A DNA stretch of 40,792 bases from NCBI GenBank assembly GCA_021107835.1, contig JAIOSD010000020.1:1-40792 (forward strand). The letters are read 5' to 3'. The notes under the pieces were generated by a model. That model made no database searches. It saw nothing but the letters and a program-made list of their open reading frames with translations, and was not told the DNA's origin. This DNA is from an archaeon. GTDB taxonomy: Archaea; Nanobdellota; Nanobdellia; SCGC-AAA011-G17; PNOQ01. Position numbers and translations under genes: made by a program. Below are positions 1 through 9,828 of this stretch, piece by piece (within the stretch, counting starts at the first letter, position 1; each line of letters opens with the position of its first letter).

Positions 1-3000
1 ATAACCATCAGAATCACCATCAGTACAAGTGCTAGAACTTTCACCAACCATTATTTCTTCTATCTCACTTTCTAACAAAGCACGATCATAAATTCGAACC
101 TCATCCAAAGAACCAGCAAAGTTAGAACCAGAAGAAATACTTCTCCTACCAACAACTAAATGATCAGAAGTAGCAACAGGAGAACCAGCAGAACCATCAT
201 AACTAGTTGTTATCAAATCCCCATCTAAATAAAGTAATATATCATCAACACCTGAAATAACCGCAGCAATATGAGCCCACTCACCAACATTAAGTATTCC
301 CCCATCAGACTTTACAATCCTTCTAAAGGTGGAAGTATCACCACCATCATCTCCAAAGCCAGCATAAATTTTCCCACCAGAATCTGCAACAGGAGTTATA
401 AACATAAAATATCCAGCATAGTTAGTACTATCATCTGTTCGTATAATTGGATGAACACTATCCAAATCAGCTAAATTAACCCAAGCTGCCAAAGTTACTG
501 GAAGTGTTAAACCATTCAAACTATCTTCAAAGTCTAGATAATTATCAACTCCATCAAAAGAATAAGCTCCATCAATCTGTCCCAAAGTTTGTGTTGGACA
601 ACTAACACAACTAACACTTAAAGCACTATCAGAATGATCATTATAATCAGAATCTAAAGGTAAGTATAAAACCGCATCATCAGGTGATACAGGAGTACAA
701 TCATTATCATTATCAATAGTACAACCACTAGGACAACAACCATCACCATTTATACAAGACGTTATTTCTGTTCCTGGAATACAACTCCCTGCAGAACAAA
801 TATCATTTTCAGTACAATCATCTCCATCATCACAAGGGATTGTATTATTAGTATATTCACAAACACCTTCTAGATTACAAACATCATTTGTACAAATATT
901 ATCATCATCACAATCTGAAGAACTATCACATTCAGTACATCCAGAAGTATCAAAAGTAGTACAACCAGACTCACAAGCTAAATCTCCACTGTCAAATCCT
1001 TCACTAACACAAGTAGCAATTCCAATATCATCATCGCTAGTTCCAAATATTAAATCAACTCCAGCATCACACTGTTCACCACCTTCTCTAACCCCATCTC
1101 CACATTCAGGAGCAACCCCATCAAAGCTTACAGGATAACCATTACTTGCTACCCCGTTTTCATCTATAACAAATAAATATGCATCTTCACCTAAAGAAAA
1201 ACTTCCTTGATTTACTGTGAATTCTATAGTTGAACCATCCCACGTTGTGTGTGGTATTTGTATCTCACAATGTGCACCATTACTTTCTTTTTGACTCCAA
1301 GAAGAAACATCACAGATTTCTACTCTTGCCCAAGTATTATCAACATAAACGTCATCAAAGTAAGTCCTCACATAACTTTGCGCACCAAATCCTTGGTACA
1401 TATTACCAATATCTATTGCTCTGAATTTCCCATCAACATCTTGGAGATTAATATATTCTTCATGAACAACTCTCTTTCCATCAAACCAGGTAGAAATCGC
1501 TCCATCATCAGCAGAAATAACACTTTCAGTTTTAGCATATTGTTCCATTTTATTCCAAACATTTGAAGTTTCAGAAAAAGAATCTCCAGATCCAACCCAA
1601 TCAAAGTTTGTAGTGGGATTATTTTGAATAGCTGACTGCCAATTTGGTCTTGTGGGCATAATAGCGCCGATCATAGCTGTTGGACATTGATAAGCACCAT
1701 TTGTACATTGACCGTTACCAAATACATAACAAACTTTATGATTTATTGGTAATATATTTGGATCTGCAACATCAAGATATCTCTTAAAATTAAAATAGAT
1801 TTCATCATAAGGCCCTTCACTCCCCCATCCAAAATAAGACTGTGTATTATCATTCCAATCAACAACCACAGTTTTAGAACCAGAAGGAGCATCTATGGGT
1901 AAACTAGACATATCCTTAACATAGGGTTCAATAGATGTTGTAGTCCCCGATGTCCAAGTAAAACCTACAACTGGAGAAACGCCTTTAATAACTTGACCAT
2001 CAGAATGACCTTCAAAATTATCCCAGGATAATGGCCCAACAGGACTCTTAACTCCAAAATCACCCCCACTAATACTAAAAATTCCACCATCACTCAAAAC
2101 ACCAGAATTAGAAACACTATCAACATGGGGCTCTCCAGTAGAAGGAAGAGTAACTTTCAAATAATCGCTAGGTTCTATTGTTTCTTCACCAAAGATAGCT
2201 CTAAAAACATATTCAGGATCTGAATCAACACCACCACTATCTTCAACCCATTTAGTAACCCAATTAAGATTTATTTGATTACCACTAAAAGTAGCTTCAG
2301 TTGGAAAACTAGTACCACTAACTAAATCATAATCAGTAAATACTAACCAATCATCAACTTCATATAATTCTAAACTAATTGTTTCCCCCTCACAATTTGC
2401 CCCATTAATAGTTAAGCTAACTTGAATTCCTTCTTCAACTTCAGAATCACTCCAACTAGCAGAAGTAAAAGTACAATCAGGTTCATCATAACAATTATCT
2501 GAATTAATTGTCTGGCAATTATTAATACATGATAAACTTCCAGCACTATAACCATAATTAGCACAAGTAACTCCATTAAAATTAGTTCCGTCACAAACCT
2601 CATTAATACCCGCATCATTTGGGGTTTGTATTATACCATCGCCACAGATTTCAGTAACTTCAGAACCCACAATATTTATCGTTTCTTCATTATTAGCATT
2701 TACTTGTGTATAATAAGTAGAACTAACATAAATATCATAAGGCGCATCCATAACTCTATTATGTACTCCACTAGGCCTAGAATCACCACTCTCAGTATAT
2801 TCCACTAAATCTAATCTAACATAACCAATACTATCCGTATATCCATTTATTTCAGAACCACTTCCTTGTGGAACTGCCCTGACAAAGGCATTAGTAATCG
2901 GATTTTGGTTATCATCCAAAACATTAACATTCAAATAATTAATTTTGGTTAAATCATAAGCAGCAATAGATTCTGTAGCTCTAAACTGATAAGAATCAGA

Positions 3001-4893
3001 ATTAAATCCCCCTAGAAATTTATTATTAATCAACCTAATATTGCTAGCTAAATGATCATAATACCCAATTTGGATTGCTGCATCAGGGTAACTGGGGGTA
3101 TAATAAATATTAGGTACACTAACAAAAGTGTTATTTTCAATCCACATGTCAGTACTACTACCATAAAAACTACTTATCCAAACAGCTTCATCATTAGCTT
3201 CAAAATAATTGTTATAGAAAACCCGATTATTCACTGGGTTATTATATGCCATTCCACCAATATACAAACCATAAACATATAATAAATCATTATCATTTTT
3301 TTTAGTTAGATAAAAATCGTTATCATGAACGGAGGTACCATCCCCGCTATTACTATGGAAAATACCAGAACTTAAAGGTCTACATAATGGATGTGCACTA
3401 TCATAATAATACTCCCCTGAAAGATAAAAAAGATTATTATATATCTCATTATTAACCCCTACATTCTCATAATAGTCGTTAATCCTTATAGCATTGGTAG
3501 AGTAATCTTCATTATTATATTCTGGATTACAAGGTTGAGCTTCACTATAAAAGACATTATTATAAACTAAATTATTATCTGCTTTAAAAAGTAAAATTCC
3601 GCTACCTCTTATTGGATCAAAGACATTGTTATATATCTCGGCACTGCCAATATGCCCCCCCATCATAATGGTATAGTGATTTGTAACTGCTTGATCATTT
3701 CTTAAAACATTATCATGAATTCTAGCTCCATCTCCACCAACATTAATAACTCCTTGGCCCCCTTCCGCATAATTATGATGAAAATCACCATTACCAATAG
3801 AAATGCTACAATGACTTAAACTTTGTCTTGTGGTTATCCATGGTTGATAATTATAAAATGTAGAATAAGAAATACTCCCTGATGATGTTATATGGGCGGT
3901 TTTAGAATCAATACCTGATTCATCTACTCGAACATTTTCAACATGCACCGTCCCCCCTAATAAATCAGAGAATCTAAATCCACGAGAATTATGACTAAAA
4001 GCGCCAGAAGTAATATATCCATCTTTTATTATTACATCGGGAGCTATAACACCAGATTGGCCAAGATAATCCGGGGCATGACAAGTACTAACCCCTGTAT
4101 AAGAATTACATCCTCCTTCAGCATAGATCCTTATAGAACCAATACCCAAATCATGTGCTGGAACAATCCCCGCAAGATCTAAATAAGTACTAGAAACTGT
4201 GGTAACTCTTAATCTATAATTTCCAACTGGCTGATCATCAAAATCGCAAAAAGCAGTTCTTCCTTCCCCATAAGAATCATTAGGAGATTGTAAAGTACAA
4301 ACAATTCCATTTTGTTCACTTTCCACTTGAATAGTTGGACCATTAGCATCTGCACCAGCTCTAAAAACTATCATCCCCCTATAGTGCCTATTAGCAACAG
4401 GTAAATAAACCCAATCAGAAACTATTGTTTCTCCACCCGCCATAAACGCATTGTTCCCTTCAACTATCCTAATATCATCCTGATCTCTTTGCTCAATACT
4501 AGGTGCTAAAGAAACATCCCAGTAATCTGGAACTCCACCGGTCCAACCCTCAAAATCATAATTTGGAATCATAGGATAATTTGCATCTTGATAAGTTATT
4601 GTATAACCATTCAAATCTAAAGTAACATCTCCCCCTAAAAAAATACAGGACATTGTATCAGAAAGATCTTGTGTTAATAATAAATAAGCACCACTTGGAT
4701 AATTATAAAACCCACAAGAACTAACTTCAACGCAGTTTGGATGAGTAATATCTCCACAAGTTCTAGAACCTGGAGGAGAAACAGTCGCACCAGCACTATC
4801 TCTTATAGATTGCTCAAATCCAGGAGGCAAATCACCATAAACACAGTTGACAAAAAATAATACTAAAACTAAAAACAATACCCCTTTCTTCAT
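1..4893 (-). CDS. Large secreted multidomain surface protein (>1631 aa, truncated at window edge): signal peptide, parallel beta-helix region, Cys-rich repeats, LamG domain, start of a DxDxDGY metal-binding repeat
   Basis: ATG at 4893 gives MKKGVLFLVLVLFFVNCVYG (signal peptide). The frame was open at every point I translated down to base 1 (GGHIGSAEIYNNVFDP; CGDGIIQTPNDAGINEVCDGTN; YSFDGVDNYL...WAHIAAV...FAGSLDEVRIYDRAL = LamG; ends TCTDGDSDGY). It is absent from the ORF track because no stop lies in the window. Confidence 0.9.
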   Translation of the reverse strand, partial: MKKGVLFLVLVLFFVNCVYGDLPPGFEQSIRDSAGATVSPPGSRTCGDITHPNCVEVSSCGFYNYPSGAYLLLTQDLSDTMSCIFLGGDVTLDLNGYTITYQDANYPMIPNYDFEGWTGGVPDYWDVSLAPSIEQRDQDDIRIVEGNNAFMAGGETIVSDWVYLPVANRHYRGMIVFRAGADANGPTIQVESEQNGIVCTLQSPNDSYGEGRTAFCDFDDQPVGNYRLRVTTVSSTYLDLAGIVPAHDLGIGSIRIYAEGGCNSYTGVSTCHAPDYLGQSGVIAPDVIIKDGYITSGAFSHNSRGFRFSDLLGGTVHVENVRVDESGIDSKTAHITSSGSISYSTFYNYQPWITTRQSLSHCSISIGNGDFHHNYAEGGQGVINVGGDGARIHDNVLRNDQAVTNHYTIMMGGHIGSAEIYNNVFDPIRGSGILLFKADNNLVYNNVFYSEAQPCNPEYNNEDYSTNAIRINDYYENVGVNNEIYNNLFYLSGEYYYDSAHPLCRPLSSGIFHSNSGDGTSVHDNDFYLTKKNDNDLLYVYGLYIGGMAYNNPVNNRVFYNNYFEANDEAVWISSFYGSSTDMWIENNTFVSVPNIYYTPSYPDAAIQIGYYDHLASNIRLINNKFLGGFNSDSYQFRATESIAAYDLTKINYLNVNVLDDNQNPITNAFVRAVPQGSGSEINGYTDSIGYVRLDLVEYTESGDSRPSGVHNRVMDAPYDIYVSSTYYTQVNANNEETINIVGSEVTEICGDGIIQTPNDAGINEVCDGTNFNGVTCANYGYSAGSLSCINNCQTINSDNCYDEPDCTFTSASWSDSEVEEGIQVSLTINGANCEGETISLELYEVDDWLVFTDYDLVSGTSFPTEATFSGNQINLNWVTKWVEDSGGVDSDPEYVFRAIFGEETIEPSDYLKVTLPSTGEPHVDSVSNSGVLSDGGIFSISGGDFGVKSPVGPLSWDNFEGHSDGQVIKGVSPVVGFTWTSGTTTSIEPYVKDMSSLPIDAPSGSKTVVVDWNDNTQSYFGWGSEGPYDEIYFNFKRYLDVADPNILPINHKVCYVFGNGQCTNGAYQCPTAMIGAIMPTRPNWQSAIQNNPTTNFDWVGSGDSFSETSNVWNKMEQYAKTESVISADDGAISTWFDGKRVVHEEYINLQDVDGKFRAIDIGNMYQGFGAQSYVRTYFDDVYVDNTWARVEICDVSSWSQKESNGAHCEIQIPHTTWDGSTIEFTVNQGSFSLGEDAYLFVIDENGVASNGYPVSFDGVAPECGDGVREGGEQCDAGVDLIFGTSDDDIGIATCVSEGFDSGDLACESGCTTFDTSGCTECDSSSDCDDDNICTNDVCNLEGVCEYTNNTIPCDDGDDCTENDICSAGSCIPGTEITSCINGDGCCPSGCTIDNDNDCTPVSPDDAVLYLPLDSDYNDHSDSALSVSCVSCPTQTLGQIDGAYSFDGVDNYLDFEDSLNGLTLPVTLAAWVNLADLDSVHPIIRTDDSTNYAGYFMFITPVADSGGKIYAGFGDDGGDTSTFRRIVKSDGGILNVGEWAHIAAVISGVDDILLYLDGDLITTSYDGSAGSPVATSDHLVVGRRSISSGSNFAGSLDEVRIYDRALLESEIEEIMVGESSSTCTDGDSDGY

Positions 4894-4984
4894 ACACTTA
4901 TAAATAAAAGAGAAGTATTTAAATATATCTACAAATAAAAACATTTAAATAAAAAAGAACCAAAACAAAACTAGGTGGTTTAAA

Positions 4985-5284
4985 ATAACAAAAATAAACA
5001 TTCTATACGGGGTCTTAATTTTAGCTGCACTAGTTGCAATATTTACACCAAACATAGATATTAATCAACCACAATATTCACCAATGGAAAATCAAGATGT
5101 AAAACTTCCAACAAATCTCGGTGTATTGCACTCAGAATGTGCAAAGGCATGTGTAAATATAGATAGCTGCTCAACTTCAGAATCATACAAAGAAAATGAT
5201 TTATACATCTGCAAATGCAGTGACTGTAAAACTTCAAAAGAAACAGTAACTTTAACTTCAACAGATAGAACAAATTTTAAATAA
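4985..5284 (+). CDS. Small membrane-anchored Cys-rich protein (start uncertain, probably upstream of the tracked ATG at 5084)
   Basis: The frame stays open upstream of 5084 and encodes a hydrophobic segment (INILYGVLILAALVAIF). SD-like GGTGG at 4974-4978 precedes an in-frame ATA at 4985. The C-terminal part has 7 Cys. Confidence 0.55.
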   Translation: MTKINILYGVLILAALVAIFTPNIDINQPQYSPMENQDVKLPTNLGVLHSECAKACVNIDSCSTSESYKENDLYICKCSDCKTSKETVTLTSTDRTNFK

Positions 5285-5725
5285 TTATTTTTTCTTAGTA
5301 ATTTTCTTTTTCACAATCTTCTTCTTAACTAACTTCTTTTTAGGTTTCTTCTTAACTACTTTTTTCTTTGGTTTTTTCTTTTTATACTCATCAAAAATTT
5401 CCCAAATCGGATATGTTTTTCTTGTATAAGGAGAGTTTTTCCAAACCTTCACAACTTTTCCATCCCGAATATCAATTCTACAAAAAGTATAATAAATTGG
5501 TGCCCGCATATATTCCGCTTCTCTTATAACAAATTGAATATCATAACTCCCAGCACTCCAGTTTCCAGTAAATTGATGCATAAATCTCTTAAAAACAATC
5601 AAACCTTCACAATCTTTCTTTTTTATATTTAAATATTTATTTTTATGATATGGTGCTTTATATGTATCTCTTATCTTTAATACTAGCATAGACCTTACAA
5701 AATTAATTTTAATGACTTCATCCAT
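5285..5725 (-). CDS. Hypothetical protein with Lys-rich, histone-H1-like C-terminal tail
   Basis: 146-aa ORF ending KKKKPKKKVVKKKPKKKLVKKKIVKKKITKKK; lies 27 bp downstream of rnp3 on the same strand. Confidence 0.75.
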   Translation of the reverse strand: MDEVIKINFVRSMLVLKIRDTYKAPYHKNKYLNIKKKDCEGLIVFKRFMHQFTGNWSAGSYDIQFVIREAEYMRAPIYYTFCRIDIRDGKVVKVWKNSPYTRKTYPIWEIFDEYKKKKPKKKVVKKKPKKKLVKKKIVKKKITKKK

Positions 5726-5752
5726 TATCTAATAAATATACAAACAATCTAT

Positions 5753-6247
5753 TTAAAGCTTTCCCAAAACCCGACCAAAAACCTTCATCAAATCTTCACT
5801 TCTCAACTCATATTTATCCTTAGCAAATGTAGAAAAAACCATTCTCACTTTAAATTTCTTACAAAATCTATAATTTTGCCTCATTCTACCTAAAATCTTA
5901 GATCTCTCTTTACAAACACTATTCAACAAACTAGAAAAATTAAAACCAATCGCAACATTATTCTTAGCCGCCAACTTACAAAGCACTTGATTTAATCCAG
6001 AATTTCTAAAAAACATAAAATCTTTCTTATCATTTTTTTCAGGACTTAATAAAATATCAACTTTTTTAGTTTCAACAGCAAGTCTATTTAGTTTCAAATC
6101 TCCTCCTTGAACAATAATTAAACCTTTAGATTTTTGAATCTCATTTCTAAATTTATTCAAAGGAACATCAATCACACTAACTAATTCAGTCTCAATCTCT
6201 AACTTCTTTTCAATTTCTTTATCCTGAACAAAAGTTAGTTGTTTCAT
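5753..6247 (-). CDS. rnp3: Ribonuclease P protein subunit p30 (Rpp30), short form
   Basis: Motifs NRLAVE..VDIL, SGLNQVLCKLAAKNNVAIGFNF, RQNYRFCKKF and FSTFAKDKYELRS are typical of archaeal Rpp30. Confidence 0.88.
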   Translation of the reverse strand: MKQLTFVQDKEIEKKLEIETELVSVIDVPLNKFRNEIQKSKGLIIVQGGDLKLNRLAVETKKVDILLSPEKNDKKDFMFFRNSGLNQVLCKLAAKNNVAIGFNFSSLLNSVCKERSKILGRMRQNYRFCKKFKVRMVFSTFAKDKYELRSEDLMKVFGRVLGKL

Positions 6248-6288
6248 AAGTAATAAACTAAAAATTTATGTTTAAAAAGATACCCCAT

Positions 6289-8457
6289 TTAAAATAAATT
6301 CAATATATCTAAAAAAAGATAAAAAGGATTAATAAAAGGTGCCAACCTTACTGGCCTTATTTTAATCTTCCCCATTCTAGAATTACAATCAGAAAAATCA
6401 AACTCACAATCAACACAATCCAAATCACCAGAAATATATCCATAATCTAAACAAGTTTTTCCATCTAAATTAAAACCATCACACTCTTCATCAACATCAA
6501 CAACCAAATCTCCACAAAAACTTTCTCCAAACTCCAAAGCACCCATATCAGGACCATCACCAACAGAATAATCATTTATGTTTGGAATTAAAACACCACT
6601 ATCAACACAAGGACTTCCAGAATCCAACTGAATATCAAAAGATCCAACATTTTCAAACAATGGATTTAGTTTAATCCCATGTTCTTCATTACCCGTAGCA
6701 GAATAAAATTCAGAAGGAGTAAGATAATTATTCCCACCCCATTTAATCCAGGAATAAGATCTAGTAGTAAAAAGACAATTATAATCCCAATCATTATTTA
6801 CGGGATCATAACCAGAATAACTTTCAAAAACATATCTATCACTATATCCAATATTATTTCTCAAAACCAAGTTCCCAAAATTACCAGAACCAAAGATTTC
6901 AGTAGGGCCAAATCCATTGTTTCCGTCAAATCTTACTGCAGTATTATGATATAAATAAACCCTTCCGGCATATCCTCCAACTTTATAGAAATTGCCGGTA
7001 TATTTTTCAGTAGTTGGAGCAAAAATTTGATTTCTGATTGCATATACCGGACCAACATTTATAGGCACAAAAGACAAAGGGTTGTGAGTGGTTCTAAATT
7101 CATTTGAAATTATCCTAAAATTAACCGTTGCACCTTCAGGTTCAACTCCATCATCCTTTATATCATAAAAAATATTTCTATAAACCTCAACATTATAATT
7201 TAAATTAATATTATTTAAATCACCCCAAATAGAAGCACAAACCCCATTCATATTTCCATGAATCTCATTATCTCTAACAGAATTTCCTCCGCGACCTTTC
7301 AAACTAACTGCACACCCTTCGGTATCATGGGCTTTATTTCTTTCCCAAGCCCATTCAAAAATAGAAGTATCATAAAACTCATTATTTTGGATTAGATTAT
7401 TATAGGCTTCTCCAACAACACTAACCCCATATCTAGTATTATGTAAAATATTATTTTGTATAATTATATTATTAGAGTCTTCAATTAAAATTGCTTCATC
7501 ACCAGAACTTCTGCCAAAGAAGCCTAAATTAAATCCGTCTAGAATAATATTAGAAACCCCATTTAAATTAAACCCATTATATCTTCCAGCAACATGCATC
7601 TCATGAGAATCTGGATCCGAACCATCTGGCAATTTTACATACAACCAACCATTGTCATTAGAATAATAACCTCCAAAAACCCCATCACTCTCTAAAACAC
7701 CATTAGAAAACTCATCAAAAGTATAATGCTGAGAGTAATATTGTTGATTATAATTAAACAATCTCGTATCCTCATCAAAAGCAACATGATATGTCCTAAA
7801 TCCGATATATGCTCTATAAGAATCTGAACCAGAATCGTAAATCCAGTCATCAGTTCCCCCAATAGTTTCAAAACTTTCAATACTGCCTCTTACAAAAACG
7901 TCATCTTCTGCCTTAAAAACAATATAATTATTATCACTTCCAGAAACAGAAAAATCGACAGTTTCATAATAGATGCCTGGATAAACATGAACAACATCTC
8001 CAGCTTGTGCAACATTAGAAGCTCGTTGAATTGTCCTAAAAGAATCACCAACATTTAATCCAGAATTAGTATCATCCCCATTTACAGAAACATAATAATC
8101 ATTTCCCCCATAATTTATATCACTGTTTAATGTTTTTACTTGACTTATTAAATAACTACCATCAACACTAACTCTTACATCATAATCTGTATTCTCTTCT
8201 AAATAAAAAACACTCCCATAAGCAGAGTTAGAATCATGAACATACAAATCATGACCTTGTTTCCAAATAGAAGAAGAGCTTTCTTTAAATTCTAATTGAA
8301 TACTCTCTAATGGATCTCCAGAATAATCCACACGCACACCAATAGATTCATAATTAGAATTTAATGTCAAAGAGTCTAAACTAGAAGTAGCAGAAACACT
8401 AAAACTAAATAAAATTAACAAAATAGGAACGATTAAGATTCTCATAGGAATAAACAT
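6289..8457 (-). CDS. Secreted right-handed parallel beta-helix (pectin-lyase-like, DUF1565-type) protein with C-terminal Cys-rich module
   Basis: Signal peptide; YYVSVNGDDTNSG..FRTIQRASNVAQAGDVVHVYPGIYYE; repeated I.NN.F/I rungs; SPCVDSG..PDMGALE cap; CGD..EECDG module. Confidence 0.88.
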   Translation of the reverse strand: MFIPMRILIVPILLILFSFSVSATSSLDSLTLNSNYESIGVRVDYSGDPLESIQLEFKESSSSIWKQGHDLYVHDSNSAYGSVFYLEENTDYDVRVSVDGSYLISQVKTLNSDINYGGNDYYVSVNGDDTNSGLNVGDSFRTIQRASNVAQAGDVVHVYPGIYYETVDFSVSGSDNNYIVFKAEDDVFVRGSIESFETIGGTDDWIYDSGSDSYRAYIGFRTYHVAFDEDTRLFNYNQQYYSQHYTFDEFSNGVLESDGVFGGYYSNDNGWLYVKLPDGSDPDSHEMHVAGRYNGFNLNGVSNIILDGFNLGFFGRSSGDEAILIEDSNNIIIQNNILHNTRYGVSVVGEAYNNLIQNNEFYDTSIFEWAWERNKAHDTEGCAVSLKGRGGNSVRDNEIHGNMNGVCASIWGDLNNINLNYNVEVYRNIFYDIKDDGVEPEGATVNFRIISNEFRTTHNPLSFVPINVGPVYAIRNQIFAPTTEKYTGNFYKVGGYAGRVYLYHNTAVRFDGNNGFGPTEIFGSGNFGNLVLRNNIGYSDRYVFESYSGYDPVNNDWDYNCLFTTRSYSWIKWGGNNYLTPSEFYSATGNEEHGIKLNPLFENVGSFDIQLDSGSPCVDSGVLIPNINDYSVGDGPDMGALEFGESFCGDLVVDVDEECDGFNLDGKTCLDYGYISGDLDCVDCEFDFSDCNSRMGKIKIRPVRLAPFINPFYLFLDILNLF

Positions 8458-8479
8458 CAACCACCATTAATAAAATTAA

Positions 8480-8923
8480 CTACTTGTACACATGAGCATT
8501 TACTCTTATTTTTTGAATAACTCTAGAATTTTTATGAGGATAATGTGATCTCTCCCGTGATATCTCCCCCATCATATTTATAATAGCCCAAGGATCTCTA
8601 GAATCTATCAACTGTCTTGTTTGTGTAAGCGAATATTGATTATTGGCACAAATTTCTCCAACTCTTGTCCAAAAAACATCATAATCTATTTCATTTTTAG
8701 AAAGATCTGATTGTCTATTCCCCACATTCTGATATGCATCTGGAACCCCATCAAGAAATTCTTTGATAGTGGGATCATCAATTCTTAAAACATACTCCAA
8801 ATAAGCAAGTCCAATCCTATCTTTTTGATCATCAGATAAAGCAGTTTTTTGGGAGTTCCATAACTCTTCTAAGGATGCAAGGACTAGATCATCCCATTCA
8901 AAACTTTTTTCTTCTAAAGCCAT
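8480..8923 (-). CDS. Hypothetical protein
   Basis: 147-aa ORF filling the space between neighbours, with an upstream TATA-like element; no recognised motif. Confidence 0.65.
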   Translation of the reverse strand: MALEEKSFEWDDLVLASLEELWNSQKTALSDDQKDRIGLAYLEYVLRIDDPTIKEFLDGVPDAYQNVGNRQSDLSKNEIDYDVFWTRVGEICANNQYSLTQTRQLIDSRDPWAIINMMGEISRERSHYPHKNSRVIQKIRVNAHVYK

Positions 8924-8969
8924 CTTTTTTTGAATTGGATTAAATTAATAAAGCTTTAGTAAATCAAAA

Positions 8970-9452
8970 CTATATATTATTAATAAACTTAACGATATCT
9001 TTCAATTTATAGCCTTCAGTAGTATCAACAACCAATAAATTATGTTTTTCCCCTTTAGCTTCAATAACAACAGTATCAAATATTTCTGCCTCGACATTAT
9101 CTTTTATCTTATTAGCATTATATCCTCGTTTCTTTAATCTCTCTCTTAACTCACCAATCTCACAAGTTGTAACAATACACACATCAACATATTTCCTAGG
9201 TAAATAATGACTTAGGTGAGAATCAATAATTAAATTCTTTTTAGAACTTTCAATAAACTCAATTAAAAACTTGTTTAATTTTTTTACATCAACAATCTCA
9301 CACTGATTTTCTTTATCATAACCAGAAGATAAATTATTTTCTTTTATTAATTTAATAACCTCAACATACTCATAATTCAAAGCTTTGCTCAATTTCTTAC
9401 TCAAAGTGGTCTTACCACTACCTACTGAACCACTAACACAAACAACTTTCAT
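8970..9452 (-). CDS. Adenylate kinase 6 / Fap7-like nucleoside monophosphate kinase
   Basis: P-loop GSVGSGKTT, IIDSH motif, and RLKKRGY..KIKDNVEAE, all characteristic of archaeal AK6. Confidence 0.9.
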   Translation of the reverse strand: MKVVCVSGSVGSGKTTLSKKLSKALNYEYVEVIKLIKENNLSSGYDKENQCEIVDVKKLNKFLIEFIESSKKNLIIDSHLSHYLPRKYVDVCIVTTCEIGELRERLKKRGYNANKIKDNVEAEIFDTVVIEAKGEKHNLLVVDTTEGYKLKDIVKFINNI

Positions 9453-9482
9453 AAAAATAAATTAAAAAAGAAGTTTAAAAAC

Positions 9483-9797
9483 TTATTGGGCATATTTTAC
9501 TGCAGTACCATAAACCAAAACTTCAGCAGCACCCTTCATAATATCTGCAGTTTGATATCTTATATTCACAATTGCATCGGCACCAAGTGCATTAGCTTCT
9601 TCAATCATTCTTTGAACAGCTTGTTTTCTTGCATCTCTTATTGCTTTAGTATAGACTCCAATCTCTCCACCAATAATAGTCTTCAAACTTGCACCAAAAT
9701 CTGCAAAAAAGTTTCTAGCTTTTACTGTATTTCCCTGTACTATACCCAAAACTTCATATTTTTTACCAGGTATATTTTCTGTATTTATAAGTAACAT
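9483..9797 (-). CDS. YbjQ / UPF0145 family protein
   Basis: IIGGEI..Y...AR..A..RM...A..LGADAIVNIRY...EVLVYGTAV consensus. Confidence 0.92.
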   Translation of the reverse strand: MLLINTENIPGKKYEVLGIVQGNTVKARNFFADFGASLKTIIGGEIGVYTKAIRDARKQAVQRMIEEANALGADAIVNIRYQTADIMKGAAEVLVYGTAVKYAQ

Positions 9798-9828
9798 ATA
9801 AAATATAACTCTATTACACTATATAAAC

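Noticed and set aside
271..4182. Eight short tracked ORFs (271-474, 1230-1424, 1249-1566, 1413-1604, 2412-2618, 2626-2808, 3052-3282, 3991-4182)
   Set aside because: All lie antisense or out of frame within the giant minus-strand CDS 4893->1 and have no motifs.
9486..9794. 102-aa plus-strand ORF exactly opposite ybjQ
   Set aside because: Antisense shadow of a well-conserved gene. The same applies to 5061-5273, 6679-6954, 10722-10961, 11753-11998, 18156-18449, 24397-24645, 28685-29158 and 29387-29698.
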